Virus record (IMG/VR): IMGVR_UViG_3300009181_000083
Span: 1-57,720 of that record
DNA: 57,720 bases
DNA from: a virus
Lineage: Duplodnaviria; Caudoviricetes
Direction: 5' to 3' (one strand)
Made by a program: the position numbers and the translations under genes. Below the pieces are notes generated by a model, which made no database searches, was not told the origin of the DNA, and saw only the letters and a list, made by a program, of their open reading frames with translations. Numbering within the stretch: position 1 is the first letter of the stretch; every line of letters begins with the position of its first letter. Below are positions 18,777 to 31,000 of the stretch, piece after piece.

Positions 18777-21700
18777 CTTCTGCCTCCACTATTGCATCTT
18801 CCTCCACTATCGGATCTTCCTCCACAATCTCTTTTCCGTTTAACAGTTTAATGATTTCAGACTCGGAGAAATCTTCAAATTCGACGGTTGGCATAGGTTT
18901 TAGTTTTTCTATAGTAATAAAAATATCCAAATAATTAACACTAGGTGCTTGTTGCGCAAGCCTCGCTTCAGGAATTGGTTCTAGTAAAGTCTCAACATTA
19001 TTATAGTCCTCTACGGTTTGGTTGATGAGTCCTTGTCGATGTTCGGGCTTCCAATCATTCCCTATTCCAATTACTAAAGATCCTGGGTTTAAGACTGGAT
19101 ATTTAAATTGTAGCGCCGAATTGTGAGTTATGGACCATTGACTTATAACCTCCCTGAGATTAGTCTTTTTCATCGAGCACTCTACGAAAGATACATACTG
19201 TCCGTCTTTAGTGGTTATAGACTTACTCTTTAATGGGAAAACTTCTGTGATCGTAAAAATGTCTTTTTCGAAATCCGAATCTTGCCAAAAAGCGGAGGTG
19301 TTTGTCGGTAGCCAATATTCTACGCCACCTAACTCCGCCCTAAGCCCAAATTTACGATCAAATATAGCTTCCTTAAGAGCTAATCCCTCTTTAGGCTTAT
19401 CTACCACTTCTTTTGTTATTTCGGGGTCTATTGTCTCATCTGGTTGTCCTTCAAATTTATCGAATGTTTTTTCTAATTTTTGTATTATTTTGGCTACTTT
19501 TACATAATTTGGATATTTTATTTCGTAATTACTTACAGATACACCAATAAAAGTTTCACCATCTCTATATTCTTTGCCGTTATATTTAACATATGGATCT
19601 TCTGTTACCTTCGTGAAAAGATTTCCATTGATATTTGTTAAATTGTAAAATAAATTTGTGTCCGCTTCGACTATGTAGGTTGAACCGTTCTCAATTCCGG
19701 GTAATGTGTAAATTAATTCTGAAGGATCGAAAAATAAAAATTTATAAATAACTTCATGACCTATGCCAACCTCGTAAGCTAATATATTTTCTGGAGAGTC
19801 TGTGGGGATATCTATTCCATTGTAGTAATCCCTTATCGATAAACGCACGAAGCGACTCTGGCCAGTTTTATCTAAAAGCTTAACGTAAGAAGACTGCGGA
19901 GACTCACTAGAGAAGCTGTAGAAAATTGGTAAAATATCTTTAGTTCTATTTATTATTTTGTTCTTAGATACGCTGTCGGTTATGGAAATCATTGTTTTTG
20001 GATTGAAAACGCAATAGAATTCGTCTCTTCTTTTCGCTTTCTTCAAATATCTAATTCCACCAGAAGAATTTATAACTAAAACTGTATTTCTAAATAATGT
20101 TGGCGGCAGACTTTGCCCAGAGCTTAACTTTACAGAGACATCTTTCGCCGAATTATTAACTAAAAATATCTCAGAACCGACATTGACAGAAATATCATTA
20201 ATATTATCATTTACAATATAATGACCAGCATTTGAGACGCTTATCAAAGGTTTTCGGATATTAAGAATGCCAATTTTTTGATTTATTAACTGCTCGTTAT
20301 TGGATATTAAATAAGTAATTTTTTTATTGTCACCGTCATTATAGAGAGCATTATATCCAAAAAAATTCGCATAAATATCAGGAGGTCCGCCACTATCTTG
20401 GAGCAGGGAAATTGCAACGTTAACTAATGTATTAGATTGAGAGCTGATTCTATCGACATACTTTCCTTTATCAAAGTCGTGATCGAACAGAGCGTCGGCG
20501 AAAATATTTATTTTTGATTTTGATAGATAATTTTTATTTGTGACTTTAGTGCTTATATAAAACGTTCCTTTGGAATGGCTTTCCATGTAAGAAATGCCAT
20601 CTTTAGAAATTTCTAAAGTTCTTCCAACGGCGAGTGTGAAGGTTAGCCCGTTGATAAATATTGTTAAAAAAGAGCTGTAGGCGTTATGAATGTAAAATTT
20701 TTGATCAGGTAGTTCGTCTACCTTCAACAACGTTAGATCGTAAGGGACAAAAGATAATCCAGCCTCGTTGACTCTAGAAGATCCGTAAATAAACAATTTA
20801 TCATTAGGAGCGTATTCTTTTAAGTCGAATAAGTCTAATGTGCATATGTTTTTGATGTCGATTTTTACGGGTGTTCCGACTTGATTGTATTTGTATACTA
20901 TTGTTTCTGCTGTTATAAGTTTTACGATTGTTCCGCTTTTTAATTTCTTTTTTATTTCTTCGCCATCTGTCGTCGCGATGAGCGATGGTAATCCACCAAT
21001 TGCGATATTTGTTTTTTTAAAAGTTCCATTTTGATCTATCGATATTTTTGAGAACTTGGCTAAATCATGGAAAATTAAATCTTTTTTGCCACTTTCTTTT
21101 ATACGAATTGAGTAACCACAAGAATTGTAAAGATAAAAATTTTCATACGTATTACTCTTGAAGCTATTTTTGCTAATGTAAAATTGATCAAAATTAGAAA
21201 GATAAACAATTTCATTTCCATTAGTGTATATTGAATCAGACGTGTCACTCACTCCCTCGACACCTTTCAAAGTCGGATAAACTGTTTTGACGACGGGCTT
21301 GTCCTCGGTCAGCTCCGTCCAAAAATAAGTTATCGGCTCATTATTGCTTTTTGACGCTTGATAAACAAGTAATGAATCAATATTTAAAAGATTTTCCGTC
21401 GATGCGTCTGAATAATTTACCACCTGATTCGGCGTCGAGGAGTTGGCTCTAACCAAATTAACAAAAATAATTTTTTTGTTATGAATGGTTTCGCCAAGAA
21501 TTTCCCCGCCCTCAACTAAAGGCTGAGACAGATTAGGTAAATAATAAGTCATCAATTGAGAAGTTATAGGAATAAAAATCACGTCTGGAATACTAATGTA
21601 AGTCTGATTCCAGGAATATTTTAAGAGATCCTCATGCTGTCTCTCGATCACTGTTAGTGGCTTGACTGATCCTTGGAAATAAAATTCGTTTCTTTTTACT

Positions 21701-24700
21701 ATTTCACCTTCGAAATCTGCATATAAATAAAAAGCATTAACAAAATAAGGCCGCCCTGCTAAAGCTACTTGAGTTTTGGCTTTTCTTCCGTAGCAATATA
21801 TTCTTAATGCTACGCTTGGGGTTATGGTAGATGCTGAATCCACATCAATGATTTGGTATGTGTTAAGCCCAGCTATCAAAGAATTACCAATGAATTTGTC
21901 TAAAAATTCATCAGTATCAATTTCATTATTTTTATCAGGGTAAATAAGTTTCAGCGGATGATCAGAATCAATTTCCAAGTCTTGATTAGAAAATCTAATA
22001 ACCCTCCAGTCGGAAGAATTATCAGCATTGTCAGTATTGCTAGCAAAAGCCCAAGAGCTGGTATACGATAATTGAATTTGCTGGTTGGGCAATATCATCG
22101 TAATTGCAGAGTCGCTCAGAGTCTTTATAGGATAAGATCTAGAAGAGCTATTCTTAATAACTATATCAGTTTCTCCGAAAGCGTCTGGAATGATAATAGC
22201 ATCTACATCAGTTTCGGATCCCAAAATTATATAATAAATATTTTTAACATCAGTCCTAGTGTCGTCAGCTATTGTCTTTGCTATGAAAAATTCATCTTTG
22301 TTATAAATTGGAAAAATAGCAGTGGAGGAGCTGCCATTTCTCACTAGCCTGTTTTTTGCCAGAGTTTTATTTGTAGTGTCTTCGAAAACGGAGTCGTAAG
22401 CGAAATTCGCACAGATCTGCTCCATTTCTAAAACCGTGCTGAAAGTAATAGCTGTAGACCCCTTTTCACTTTCGTAACTCAGGACGCTTTCGTCTGACGT
22501 TTTCAAAACCTCTAATCTACCGTTTATATCTCCATCAGGATCGTAATCAAAAGACAGAGATCTAGATTCTAAATTTACAATGGAATTTTTTTCATCAAAA
22601 GATTGAATGTCTATCTTTTGCATTTTTGGAAAAAATATTTTACCATCATAGCTTGATTTTCTATTGTAAAAATCTCGTAAAGTAAAGTTGGATAATCCTG
22701 TCTCGTTTACGTAAAAATAATTAGCCGTTTTAGCCGTGTGTGAATCTGGAGTCGTTTCTTGAGGGACGCTATTCAAATTCTGCTTGCCATAATTTCCAAT
22801 GCGGTTTGTAAGCCATACTCTGTCAAGGGTGGGCCTGGTGTCGTTCTGAGATTGTTTGCGGACATTCAAGAACATAGAATTCAAACCTAAATTTTTGAAT
22901 TCATTTGACTCGTCAGTGCTGGAATTGTCTAATAAATCAGGTGGACATATTAAGCTTGAAGTATCAATCTTATTGGGAAAGAGTCTATTTTTGCAAATAA
23001 GAAAAGTCTCCTGCCCGGTAAAGTTGACCACATCTGGAAAATTAATTTCAGCATCGCAAAAATCTAAATTTAAAATATTAATTGTTGAATTTAAGTGGGT
23101 TACTGGGTCTATTGTAAATTCGAAATGGCTTCGAGCCTGCGTTAAAATTTCAACTGTAGCCTCAGAGTCCTTTAAGAAAATTCTTGCAATTTGGTTTTGA
23201 GAAAGAGCGGTTTTTTCTATTCCGTATGTGAATATTGCGTCTTTAGAGCTCTTATTCACGAAGTAAACAAAAGAATTTTGATATAGCAAATCTCCTGCGT
23301 CTTTCAAATTTATTTCTTGAGCAGAGTCTCCCTTAAGTATAATAAGTTGCTCTCGATCATCATTCAGAGCAACGCTTGCGTTTTTAGACGCGTAAATTAT
23401 TTTAAAATTGATTCCATTAGCATCTCTAGTTACTATTAATTTAAAATCTTGTTTTTGACTTGGGATGAAAGTTGTAGACGAGCTGTTTATTATTTTTATA
23501 TTTAAATCCCTATTCACCGCTTCGTCTTTTAGGAAGTAGTAAGCGTTAGAAGTATCTTTAAGGAACTTCGTGATTATGATTTCTGTATCGTCTTTTAGTA
23601 AGGTTATAAGATTATTATCTTCGCTTCCCTTAAGGTATATTCTTATGCTATCGAAATAATTTTTTAAGGCACCGCTCGGCGTATTAGCGCCACTCCACGT
23701 TACAAAATTAAAAGAGTCGGGAGCTAATACTGTAACGTTGTTTATTTTTAAAGAGTTTCTAGACGCATTATACACCGGAAGATCTGTGACGGCAGAGCTT
23801 AAAGTTAAGTTTAAATGATCGAAATTTGTTAATCCAGCATTAGAGTAAATATAATCGTCTTGAATGTTTACATTAGAAAAAGTTAGACCCGTAGTTAAGG
23901 CTGAAGCGGCGCTGGTCATGCGGAAAGTTTTTCCCCCCGTGAAAGAGTAATTAATGGAGTTGTAAAGTCCCGTTATGCTAGAAGCAGAATCATTAATTAA
24001 ATAAAACGTTTTTCCATCAATAGGATCTAGAAAAGTAAAGTTATTTTTTAAATAAATTACATCATTATTAATTATATTATTTAGACTTAAAGATCCAGAA
24101 CCTAAAACTTGCAGCCCTGACGTTGCTATAGGAAGTGTTCCGCTAATAGCAGCCACATAGCCACTAATTAAGCTTGTCCCGCCCACGCTACAGCTCAAAG
24201 ACCCAGTGTTTGCTACGTAAGCTTCGAAAGCTTGCCCAGTTATTCCCTTTAACGTGCTCGTCGCAGAGTCCGTCACAAAATAATAACCGCTATGATTTTG
24301 ATCGATTTCAAAAGTTGAGTTCTTTGATTCTGGATTGTTAAAATTCAACATCGGCGAATACGTTACGCCACTAACGAGCACGGCTGTGGTAACAGTATTT
24401 AGATTAATAATCTTATTAACTTTTAAATCGGAAGATGTATCTCCTACTTCAAATCCATATTCGCCCGAAAGAGAACTTGAAACCTTGGCGGTTGAAGGCA
24501 TGATTCCGGAAACGACAATGTCGTAATATCCAGAATAATTAAGGGATCCAAAATTAGCCAACCCCATATCAATATAACTCTGCTTAACATCGGGGACAGC
24601 ATAAGAAGACGTCTTCAAAACGAGTTCTGACCTTAGCAGCGTTAAGTTATTTCCAGTATCTTTTTGATAAATGTCAAAGCGAGGACATGCAGCGTTGCCA

Positions 24701-27700
24701 GACCACGAAGCCTGAATGGGAATAAAATTTGTTTTTTTGATAACCTCCACCGACGAGGTCGAGATTCCAAGTCTTTTATATTTTACTATCTTAAATTCGT
24801 AATCGTTGTCATCTAAGAATAGTGGTAGATTAACCTCAAAAGCTACCATTGATAGAAAATGGACTCCTTGGTTAAAGTCGAGGTATTCGGAGGGTATCAC
24901 ACCGAAGTTGCAAGAAATTTCATCTATTAAAAATTCCCTGCTTTCAGTCACCTTTTTCCAAACTAAATCGGTAGGATCTTTTTTCTTATATTGCAACTCG
25001 TATTTCCATCCGCCGTTGTTATATATCGAATTACGAGAACCGGCGTCGCCAATGATTACGAGGTTCTTCGTGTAAAAATTGTATTTAATTTTTGTGACTT
25101 TTAATCTTCTTGTTTTTGAAAGAGTGATCGACTCGGGATTGGTCGGAGCTAGCTGCTTGACAAGCCTGTTGTTGTGAGCAAAATCTAAAACACAATTAGA
25201 TTCATAAGAAAGAACATTTTTAGACTCTTCGGTAACAATTATGTTGTTCTCGAAAAGTCCCTCCTCTAAGCTAGTTATATGCGCAGTCGTAACTGGAGAG
25301 CCTTCGTGATTTTTTGAAGTAAATGGGCCATTCGGAAAGCTGAAAAGAACCGCGCTTGAATTTCTAGTTTCTAGAGGGGTTTCCTCAAAAAAGCGAGGCG
25401 TAATGAGTCCCGCTGATTCTTTACTGCCATAATTATTGTCATTAATTGGATTTTTATTAAAAATAGACCATTGATGAGTCGTGTTTTTAGGTTTTAATTC
25501 GTATTTATAAATTTGAATATTAAATCTAATTAGAGCGGGGTCTACCAGCGCAAGACCAGTGTCTGCTATGGAAGGATATGTCGCTTGGAATAAAGTATTG
25601 TCTACGAACTCCGTAGATAATGCATTTTCAAAATTCTTTTTTGAGAATTTTAATACAGCCGCTTTTCCTGAAATTACAGAAGCTGGGTCGTTGTTTTTTA
25701 TGTTCGACTTGTTGAAAGTTAAAGGGTCTGAAGTTCCCGTGTGTGAATATAAATGATATGCGTAATTTTTTATATCTTGATTAGCTATTGAGATAGCGGC
25801 TCCATTAAGCCCCGTCCAAGCCACAGCTCCAGAGTAACTATTGTAACTAAACGTGCTATTCAATCCGGTGGCGTATTCTACTCTAAGGCATTTTTTATCA
25901 TTAATCGGGTTAAAAAGCAATTTACCGATTGAATCGCCAGTAGAGTATGATAAGCCGCTGTGCTCAAGAAATTTCTCGAATGTTAAATTCTCGTTGTAAT
26001 TTTGGGCTGGAAAGAAGCTTTTCGGATCATTGGGGACATCTCCGTAGGATTGGACACAATACAGTCTGTCGTTTTGTGTGGTCGTTAATTTTGAGCCAAT
26101 AGCGATCTTAGATCCAGAAGTGAATGATCTGTTAAATTCTGAAATTTGACTTTCATTATAAGGTTCTGTATAGATTTCCCTTTCGACAAATATTCTCGGC
26201 ACTTTCCCACCATTAGTTAAGAAAGAATTTTCACTTGAATTTTGTTTGGGTCCACCTATGTCCTGGTTAATTTTAGATAAGGCTCCAGCAAAAAAACCAG
26301 AATAACTACTCTCTGCTAAAGTTGGATATACAGTAAAAGAATTGACGTAGTTTTTAGTATAAAAATAATTTATAGCATTCAACCAAGCTTCTTTATCTAT
26401 ATAATTTGTTTTTTTTATGATACCGTCACTTGGGATTCGTGTCACGGTGCCGTTTTCAGTATAAACATCCTCACCCGCTTCTCGATAGTCATCTAAAGCA
26501 GAATCTCCTTTGCAAAAACTCACTTCATCTATTCGCAAACCAAGAGCTGTTGGATTTATAAGCTTCACCTCTTGAGTTCCGAATGCCCTACCTAAAGCTA
26601 AAGATTCATTGCCGCAATAAACAAATATAGGAATAGAATAAGCCGATATGGGAGTGATGATGTAAGTTTCTCCAGAATTTAAATAATTTGTATAATAATC
26701 TTTTGAAATTATTTTTTTAGGCAATGGGAAATTTGATAAAAATGATTTTATTGGTGGAGATTCTTGATTACTATTTAATGCAGCGAAATCTTCGTTTATC
26801 ATCAAATCGTTTTTGAATTTCTGATCTTCATCTATATTTTCGGTTGTATCTTCCAAGTAAGATGCGTATTTTATTTCTTCCTGCTCTTTTAATTGATTCA
26901 ACGCTTCAGCTTCAGTCATGAAATCTGTATAATTATAAGATTGCCCATCTTGAATTGTTCTTGGGTAAACTCCAGAACCAAATGCAAGATTTATTATTCC
27001 ACTGCCGATACCGGACGCGTTATATCCAGACATTACGTAGCCTATTTTAGTTATACCAACATTACCACTTGATTCTTGAATTACTACATTTACTCTATAA
27101 ATTCCACTATAGCTACCAGTAGCAAGTAAATCAATTTGTAAATTTGAACCCGCCTTTGATACCTTAACGCCAGTTACGGATTCATCCAAACCACTTTTTA
27201 TGCAAGGATCGGATTGATCAAGGACCGTCTTCACCTCGTCAGATGAAAAAGATATAACTTTAGGAGTCGAAAAATTATAATTAACTGAGCTTGTTATTTG
27301 TTCAGATACTTCATCATTTGGTAAATTTATTAATAATTGCCCGTTTGCGTTAGTTTCTGCGGGGAAAAAAGATCCGAAAGGATCGCTCTTTCTAGATACC
27401 CGATATTTAAAACTAGAACCTTCTTCCACTTGAGATGGAGGGTCGAATGAAAAAGAATTTTTGACCGGAGAGTTTTTGCTGTCATCATATAAGAATTTAT
27501 ATCTTGTAGAGACCTCGTTAGAATAACCACTATATCCCGTATCTTGATATCCATAAATAAAATCAAGATTATTTCCAGAAATTAATAATTTAGTGTCTTG
27601 CCAATCTTCGCCAGATATGACTAGCAGCTCTTTATTCGAGAACTGAGAGATATTAATTCCAGTGATTTCACACCTTCTATATATTTTACCAGAAAAACTT

Positions 27701-28053
27701 ATCCCAGGTATAAAAATATATGGAGACAAACCGGAAATGTAAGAATCTGTTATGTCTGCAATGATCTGTATCGTCTCTTCGTAACTTTCCCCCTTTACTC
27801 CCGACGATATAAAAAACCTTGATTTAGTGAGGTTGCCTTCATTATCTGGCAACGTCCAAACTGTTCCAGTAAGGGCAAATGGATAAGTAATTATATCTTC
27901 CACTAGAAATTCTGGAAAGGCGTATCCATCTTCATTAACATTTAAATTTTCAAAAGTAGACACCCATAGACCGTAAGTGTTTTGTGTAACATTTAAATTT
28001 GGATCAGATAAAACTCCAGTTAAAAAATTTATATTATCGGTAACGGCACTCAT
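18769..28053 (-). CDS. Giant virion protein (tail fibre/appendage-like) with tandem beta modules
   Basis: Uninterrupted 3094-aa ORF in the tail operon; recurring (F/Y)-h-h-N-x-S modules; acidic C-terminus. Confidence 0.6.
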   Translation of the reverse strand: MSAVTDNINFLTGVLSDPNLNVTQNTYGLWVSTFENLNVNEDGYAFPEFLVEDIITYPFALTGTVWTLPDNEGNLTKSRFFISSGVKGESYEETIQIIADITDSYISGLSPYIFIPGISFSGKIYRRCEITGINISQFSNKELLVISGEDWQDTKLLISGNNLDFIYGYQDTGYSGYSNEVSTRYKFLYDDSKNSPVKNSFSFDPPSQVEEGSSFKYRVSRKSDPFGSFFPAETNANGQLLINLPNDEVSEQITSSVNYNFSTPKVISFSSDEVKTVLDQSDPCIKSGLDESVTGVKVSKAGSNLQIDLLATGSYSGIYRVNVVIQESSGNVGITKIGYVMSGYNASGIGSGIINLAFGSGVYPRTIQDGQSYNYTDFMTEAEALNQLKEQEEIKYASYLEDTTENIDEDQKFKNDLMINEDFAALNSNQESPPIKSFLSNFPLPKKIISKDYYTNYLNSGETYIITPISAYSIPIFVYCGNESLALGRAFGTQEVKLINPTALGLRIDEVSFCKGDSALDDYREAGEDVYTENGTVTRIPSDGIIKKTNYIDKEAWLNAINYFYTKNYVNSFTVYPTLAESSYSGFFAGALSKINQDIGGPKQNSSENSFLTNGGKVPRIFVEREIYTEPYNESQISEFNRSFTSGSKIAIGSKLTTTQNDRLYCVQSYGDVPNDPKSFFPAQNYNENLTFEKFLEHSGLSYSTGDSIGKLLFNPINDKKCLRVEYATGLNSTFSYNSYSGAVAWTGLNGAAISIANQDIKNYAYHLYSHTGTSDPLTFNKSNIKNNDPASVISGKAAVLKFSKKNFENALSTEFVDNTLFQATYPSIADTGLALVDPALIRFNIQIYKYELKPKNTTHQWSIFNKNPINDNNYGSKESAGLITPRFFEETPLETRNSSAVLFSFPNGPFTSKNHEGSPVTTAHITSLEEGLFENNIIVTEESKNVLSYESNCVLDFAHNNRLVKQLAPTNPESITLSKTRRLKVTKIKYNFYTKNLVIIGDAGSRNSIYNNGGWKYELQYKKKDPTDLVWKKVTESREFLIDEISCNFGVIPSEYLDFNQGVHFLSMVAFEVNLPLFLDDNDYEFKIVKYKRLGISTSSVEVIKKTNFIPIQASWSGNAACPRFDIYQKDTGNNLTLLRSELVLKTSSYAVPDVKQSYIDMGLANFGSLNYSGYYDIVVSGIMPSTAKVSSSLSGEYGFEVGDTSSDLKVNKIINLNTVTTAVLVSGVTYSPMLNFNNPESKNSTFEIDQNHSGYYFVTDSATSTLKGITGQAFEAYVANTGSLSCSVGGTSLISGYVAAISGTLPIATSGLQVLGSGSLSLNNIINNDVIYLKNNFTFLDPIDGKTFYLINDSASSITGLYNSINYSFTGGKTFRMTSAASALTTGLTFSNVNIQDDYIYSNAGLTNFDHLNLTLSSAVTDLPVYNASRNSLKINNVTVLAPDSFNFVTWSGANTPSGALKNYFDSIRIYLKGSEDNNLITLLKDDTEIIITKFLKDTSNAYYFLKDEAVNRDLNIKIINSSSTTFIPSQKQDFKLIVTRDANGINFKIIYASKNASVALNDDREQLIILKGDSAQEINLKDAGDLLYQNSFVYFVNKSSKDAIFTYGIEKTALSQNQIARIFLKDSEATVEILTQARSHFEFTIDPVTHLNSTINILNLDFCDAEINFPDVVNFTGQETFLICKNRLFPNKIDTSSLICPPDLLDNSSTDESNEFKNLGLNSMFLNVRKQSQNDTRPTLDRVWLTNRIGNYGKQNLNSVPQETTPDSHTAKTANYFYVNETGLSNFTLRDFYNRKSSYDGKIFFPKMQKIDIQSFDEKNSIVNLESRSLSFDYDPDGDINGRLEVLKTSDESVLSYESEKGSTAITFSTVLEMEQICANFAYDSVFEDTTNKTLAKNRLVRNGSSSTAIFPIYNKDEFFIAKTIADDTRTDVKNIYYIILGSETDVDAIIIPDAFGETDIVIKNSSSRSYPIKTLSDSAITMILPNQQIQLSYTSSWAFASNTDNADNSSDWRVIRFSNQDLEIDSDHPLKLIYPDKNNEIDTDEFLDKFIGNSLIAGLNTYQIIDVDSASTITPSVALRIYCYGRKAKTQVALAGRPYFVNAFYLYADFEGEIVKRNEFYFQGSVKPLTVIERQHEDLLKYSWNQTYISIPDVIFIPITSQLMTYYLPNLSQPLVEGGEILGETIHNKKIIFVNLVRANSSTPNQVVNYSDASTENLLNIDSLLVYQASKSNNEPITYFWTELTEDKPVVKTVYPTLKGVEGVSDTSDSIYTNGNEIVYLSNFDQFYISKNSFKSNTYENFYLYNSCGYSIRIKESGKKDLIFHDLAKFSKISIDQNGTFKKTNIAIGGLPSLIATTDGEEIKKKLKSGTIVKLITAETIVYKYNQVGTPVKIDIKNICTLDLFDLKEYAPNDKLFIYGSSRVNEAGLSFVPYDLTLLKVDELPDQKFYIHNAYSSFLTIFINGLTFTLAVGRTLEISKDGISYMESHSKGTFYISTKVTNKNYLSKSKINIFADALFDHDFDKGKYVDRISSQSNTLVNVAISLLQDSGGPPDIYANFFGYNALYNDGDNKKITYLISNNEQLINQKIGILNIRKPLISVSNAGHYIVNDNINDISVNVGSEIFLVNNSAKDVSVKLSSGQSLPPTLFRNTVLVINSSGGIRYLKKAKRRDEFYCVFNPKTMISITDSVSKNKIINRTKDILPIFYSFSSESPQSSYVKLLDKTGQSRFVRLSIRDYYNGIDIPTDSPENILAYEVGIGHEVIYKFLFFDPSELIYTLPGIENGSTYIVEADTNLFYNLTNINGNLFTKVTEDPYVKYNGKEYRDGETFIGVSVSNYEIKYPNYVKVAKIIQKLEKTFDKFEGQPDETIDPEITKEVVDKPKEGLALKEAIFDRKFGLRAELGGVEYWLPTNTSAFWQDSDFEKDIFTITEVFPLKSKSITTKDGQYVSFVECSMKKTNLREVISQWSITHNSALQFKYPVLNPGSLVIGIGNDWKPEHRQGLINQTVEDYNNVETLLEPIPEARLAQQAPSVNYLDIFITIEKLKPMPTVEFEDFSESEIIKLLNGKEIVEEDPIVEEDAIVEAEGE

Positions 28054-28060
28054 ATTTTCA

Positions 28061-31000
28061 TCAACCGCCTCCTCCGGAACTCATATTTGGTCTTACAGCT
28101 GATCTGTTTTTCTGAGAGTTGTCATAGGAATTGCTCATTAAGTCTTCAAATAGATAATCTCCAACTGCTGAGTCGAATCCTCCGACGGATTGAGTCCCCA
28201 AATCTCCAGTATCAATTGCTGTCTGTATTTCAGTCGCGGAAAGCTCAGATTGCGTATTTACGAACCCATTACACATTGCTCTTAAATAATATTCCATTTG
28301 TCGATAGTGATCAGAATACATTATTGAATTGCGAGATACGTAAGGAATTAATTTAACAAAATAAAATCTAGGATAACAGCACCCCCAAGGACGATTGCCA
28401 GCCCAAAAATTTTGGTTATCCAAAGCTACGTCTCCGATGACTTCTCTTTTGCAATGAGCGATGCCCATAGATAGTAAATATGATATTATAGCATTTTCAT
28501 CGGTTCTTACGTTTTCTGCGAGCATTCTAGATTTCCACTGTCTTACATTTTCTCTAAAACTTCCGGGGATAATGCTGCCAAGAGCTTTAAGCCTCCCCTC
28601 TATAGTGACTTTTATTATGTCGCATGTCGGATCGAATTCATTAACTCTAGTTACAGACCTAATGTAATAAGGCTTTTGATATATCGAGCAACTCGACGCG
28701 AAATCCTCGATATAATCATTGTTCCCTGCCCATTGGGCGTATTGTAAATTAGTGTTTGCTCCTTCTATGTAATTGTAAGCGGAGGGAGACTCTACTATTA
28801 GTGGTTTATCGTATTGTCTCCAACTGACGTTCGCTAAATGTAATTTTACATTTTTAGATGTCCGGCTAACGTTCTCTAAAGCGTAACTGCTTGTTAGGCA
28901 CCTCGCGTTTAAAGCTCCCATAATATCTCCATACATTTCTGGCTTCCAAGCTGATGAGTTAGATGGGTGATATAAATTATAAGACATGAACATTGACCAT
29001 TCATTACTTATTGCTCCCGGAGACTTTTGCTTCACGTCGTCAACCATAATCTCCGATGATTGAGTCCTAGAGACATGAGTTCTAGTAATTATTCCGTCTA
29101 ATTCGTAAATTGCTATTCTTGGGCTAGAAAAATACGAAGCATAATAATAATTACCACCTGTAAAAATAGATCCATGTTTGAAAGAGGTCTTCTCACCATT
29201 CCAGACGTAGTCGATATAAGTTGTCGAACTTTTATCCATATCCAATACTATATATTCCTTTCCTTGAGTAATTGGAATAAAAGTTTCTGTTACTGATCCG
29301 ATCATATTTCTATTCCCAACTTGAGTGATAGACGGGCCGAGACCTCTAAAGGAGTCCATCCCCATTTTTTTCATTCCGAATCGGTATCTTTTAAAATACA
29401 AAACAGACCGACCCCGTTCGATTGCGTAATCAACTAAGGAATATCTATCTGCCATTTTTATATGACTGGATATGAATTTTCTGGCCGATTCGTAAACAGG
29501 ATTTGCGCTTACATGCACATCGTTCTCAGCTAAACGCGCACTGGATAAGTTATAAGCTACTCCATATTTTATATAGTTTGTAAAAACGTTTTTAACCGCG
29601 TCAGAATTAAAATGGCCAACTGGGTCCATATCGCCAGGGTTCAACCCAAGCCCTTCTGTGGTTGCCACCCTCATTATAACGTAAGCGTCTGCGGCGCTGG
29701 GTTTCATCTCCAACACATGTGCGAATTTTATTAATATTGCAAATTTATCAGGAGCGTTTGGGATTTTTAACCCTAAGCAGACTGTCCCGTGTTTTTTCGG
29801 AGTGGGCACTTCTATGCCTTCAGTACCTCTAGCTCTAAACGAAACTTTTCCCTTCACTGGGTATGGAAAGTGATGAATCTTGTTAAATTGATATATGTAA
29901 TATTGTTTGTAGGAGTTTTTAAGATTCTCGTTAGTCTGCCCCGTTGACCGATCCGCTTTGTATTTATAATCTGGAATTATAGGAATTGTTTCGTATAAAT
30001 TTCCATTTACATACATATCTATTAAAAAACCTCGCAACAAAACCTCGGATTCAAATTCGTACTGTACAGCGATGTCCGAGCTTTGTATAAAAATACTAGA
30101 CAAACAAAACCTATTTAAATCATATGCTGGTAATGGACTCGTATTGAATTCTGAATTGTTGTTGAGATCTTTAAATAAAAAATTATCATCATTTACTGTT
30201 TTAATTATATTTAATTCACTAGTGTTTTGGAGTGGGTAAGCCCAACCAAGAGTCAGAGCCTCTGGATAAAGCTCGGGATAGCCTGTCGGATCATATTTTA
30301 TTCGGAGGTTACCAAAAGAGTCTATTTTTTCAACACCTGCTCCGTCTTTTTCGTATCTCGGAAAAGAATAGTTCGGAGCCAACAGGAACTGCCTAGAAAA
30401 AAAAGTTTCAAAATCAAATCCATCTGTAGCCACATCATTTCCAGTAAGGTTGTGCTTAGCTCTTTGATCTTCTGATCCCCTAAAATAACTTAGGTAATAA
30501 AACATTGCTTGCCCAATTTGATCTTTTGAAGCGTTTTTCTTCCTAAAAATTCCACCTCTACCATTCACGTAGGGAACAAAACTTGGTGCGTATTTACCTA
30601 AAGACGCAGAATCCATTACAAATCTTAAATGTTTTCTTGCAGCAGCAACGATTCCAAGAGATAACAATTGCATTTCTTTCCGTCCTGATTCATATTTATA
30701 GTTTTTAATATACGCTACGCAGCCTCTTTGAAATTCGGAGTCGTGCCAAACAGTATTTAGGCTTGCGTGTCCGTAATCGTATTCCGGCAGTTCGGGTGGA
30801 CTAACTTCTAGCCCTCCTAGCCTTACCGGTTCCGACCAATATCCATGAATTTCGCCAGAAGTCTTGTCTTTTTCGCCATTCGGCGCCGTAGCTCTGCCTG
30901 CGTTTCCGAATATCCACGCTAAAAACGGATTAGCGACATTAGCCCCTTCGGGATATCCCGCTGGACTTTCTGGCCAGCTAATCCTTCCATAGCCCATTTT

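Noticed and set aside
15087-18830. Short tandem repeats (GETKGETK at ~15090; IVEED repeats at ~18780-18830)
   Set aside because: Short in-frame slippage duplications with no evident further meaning
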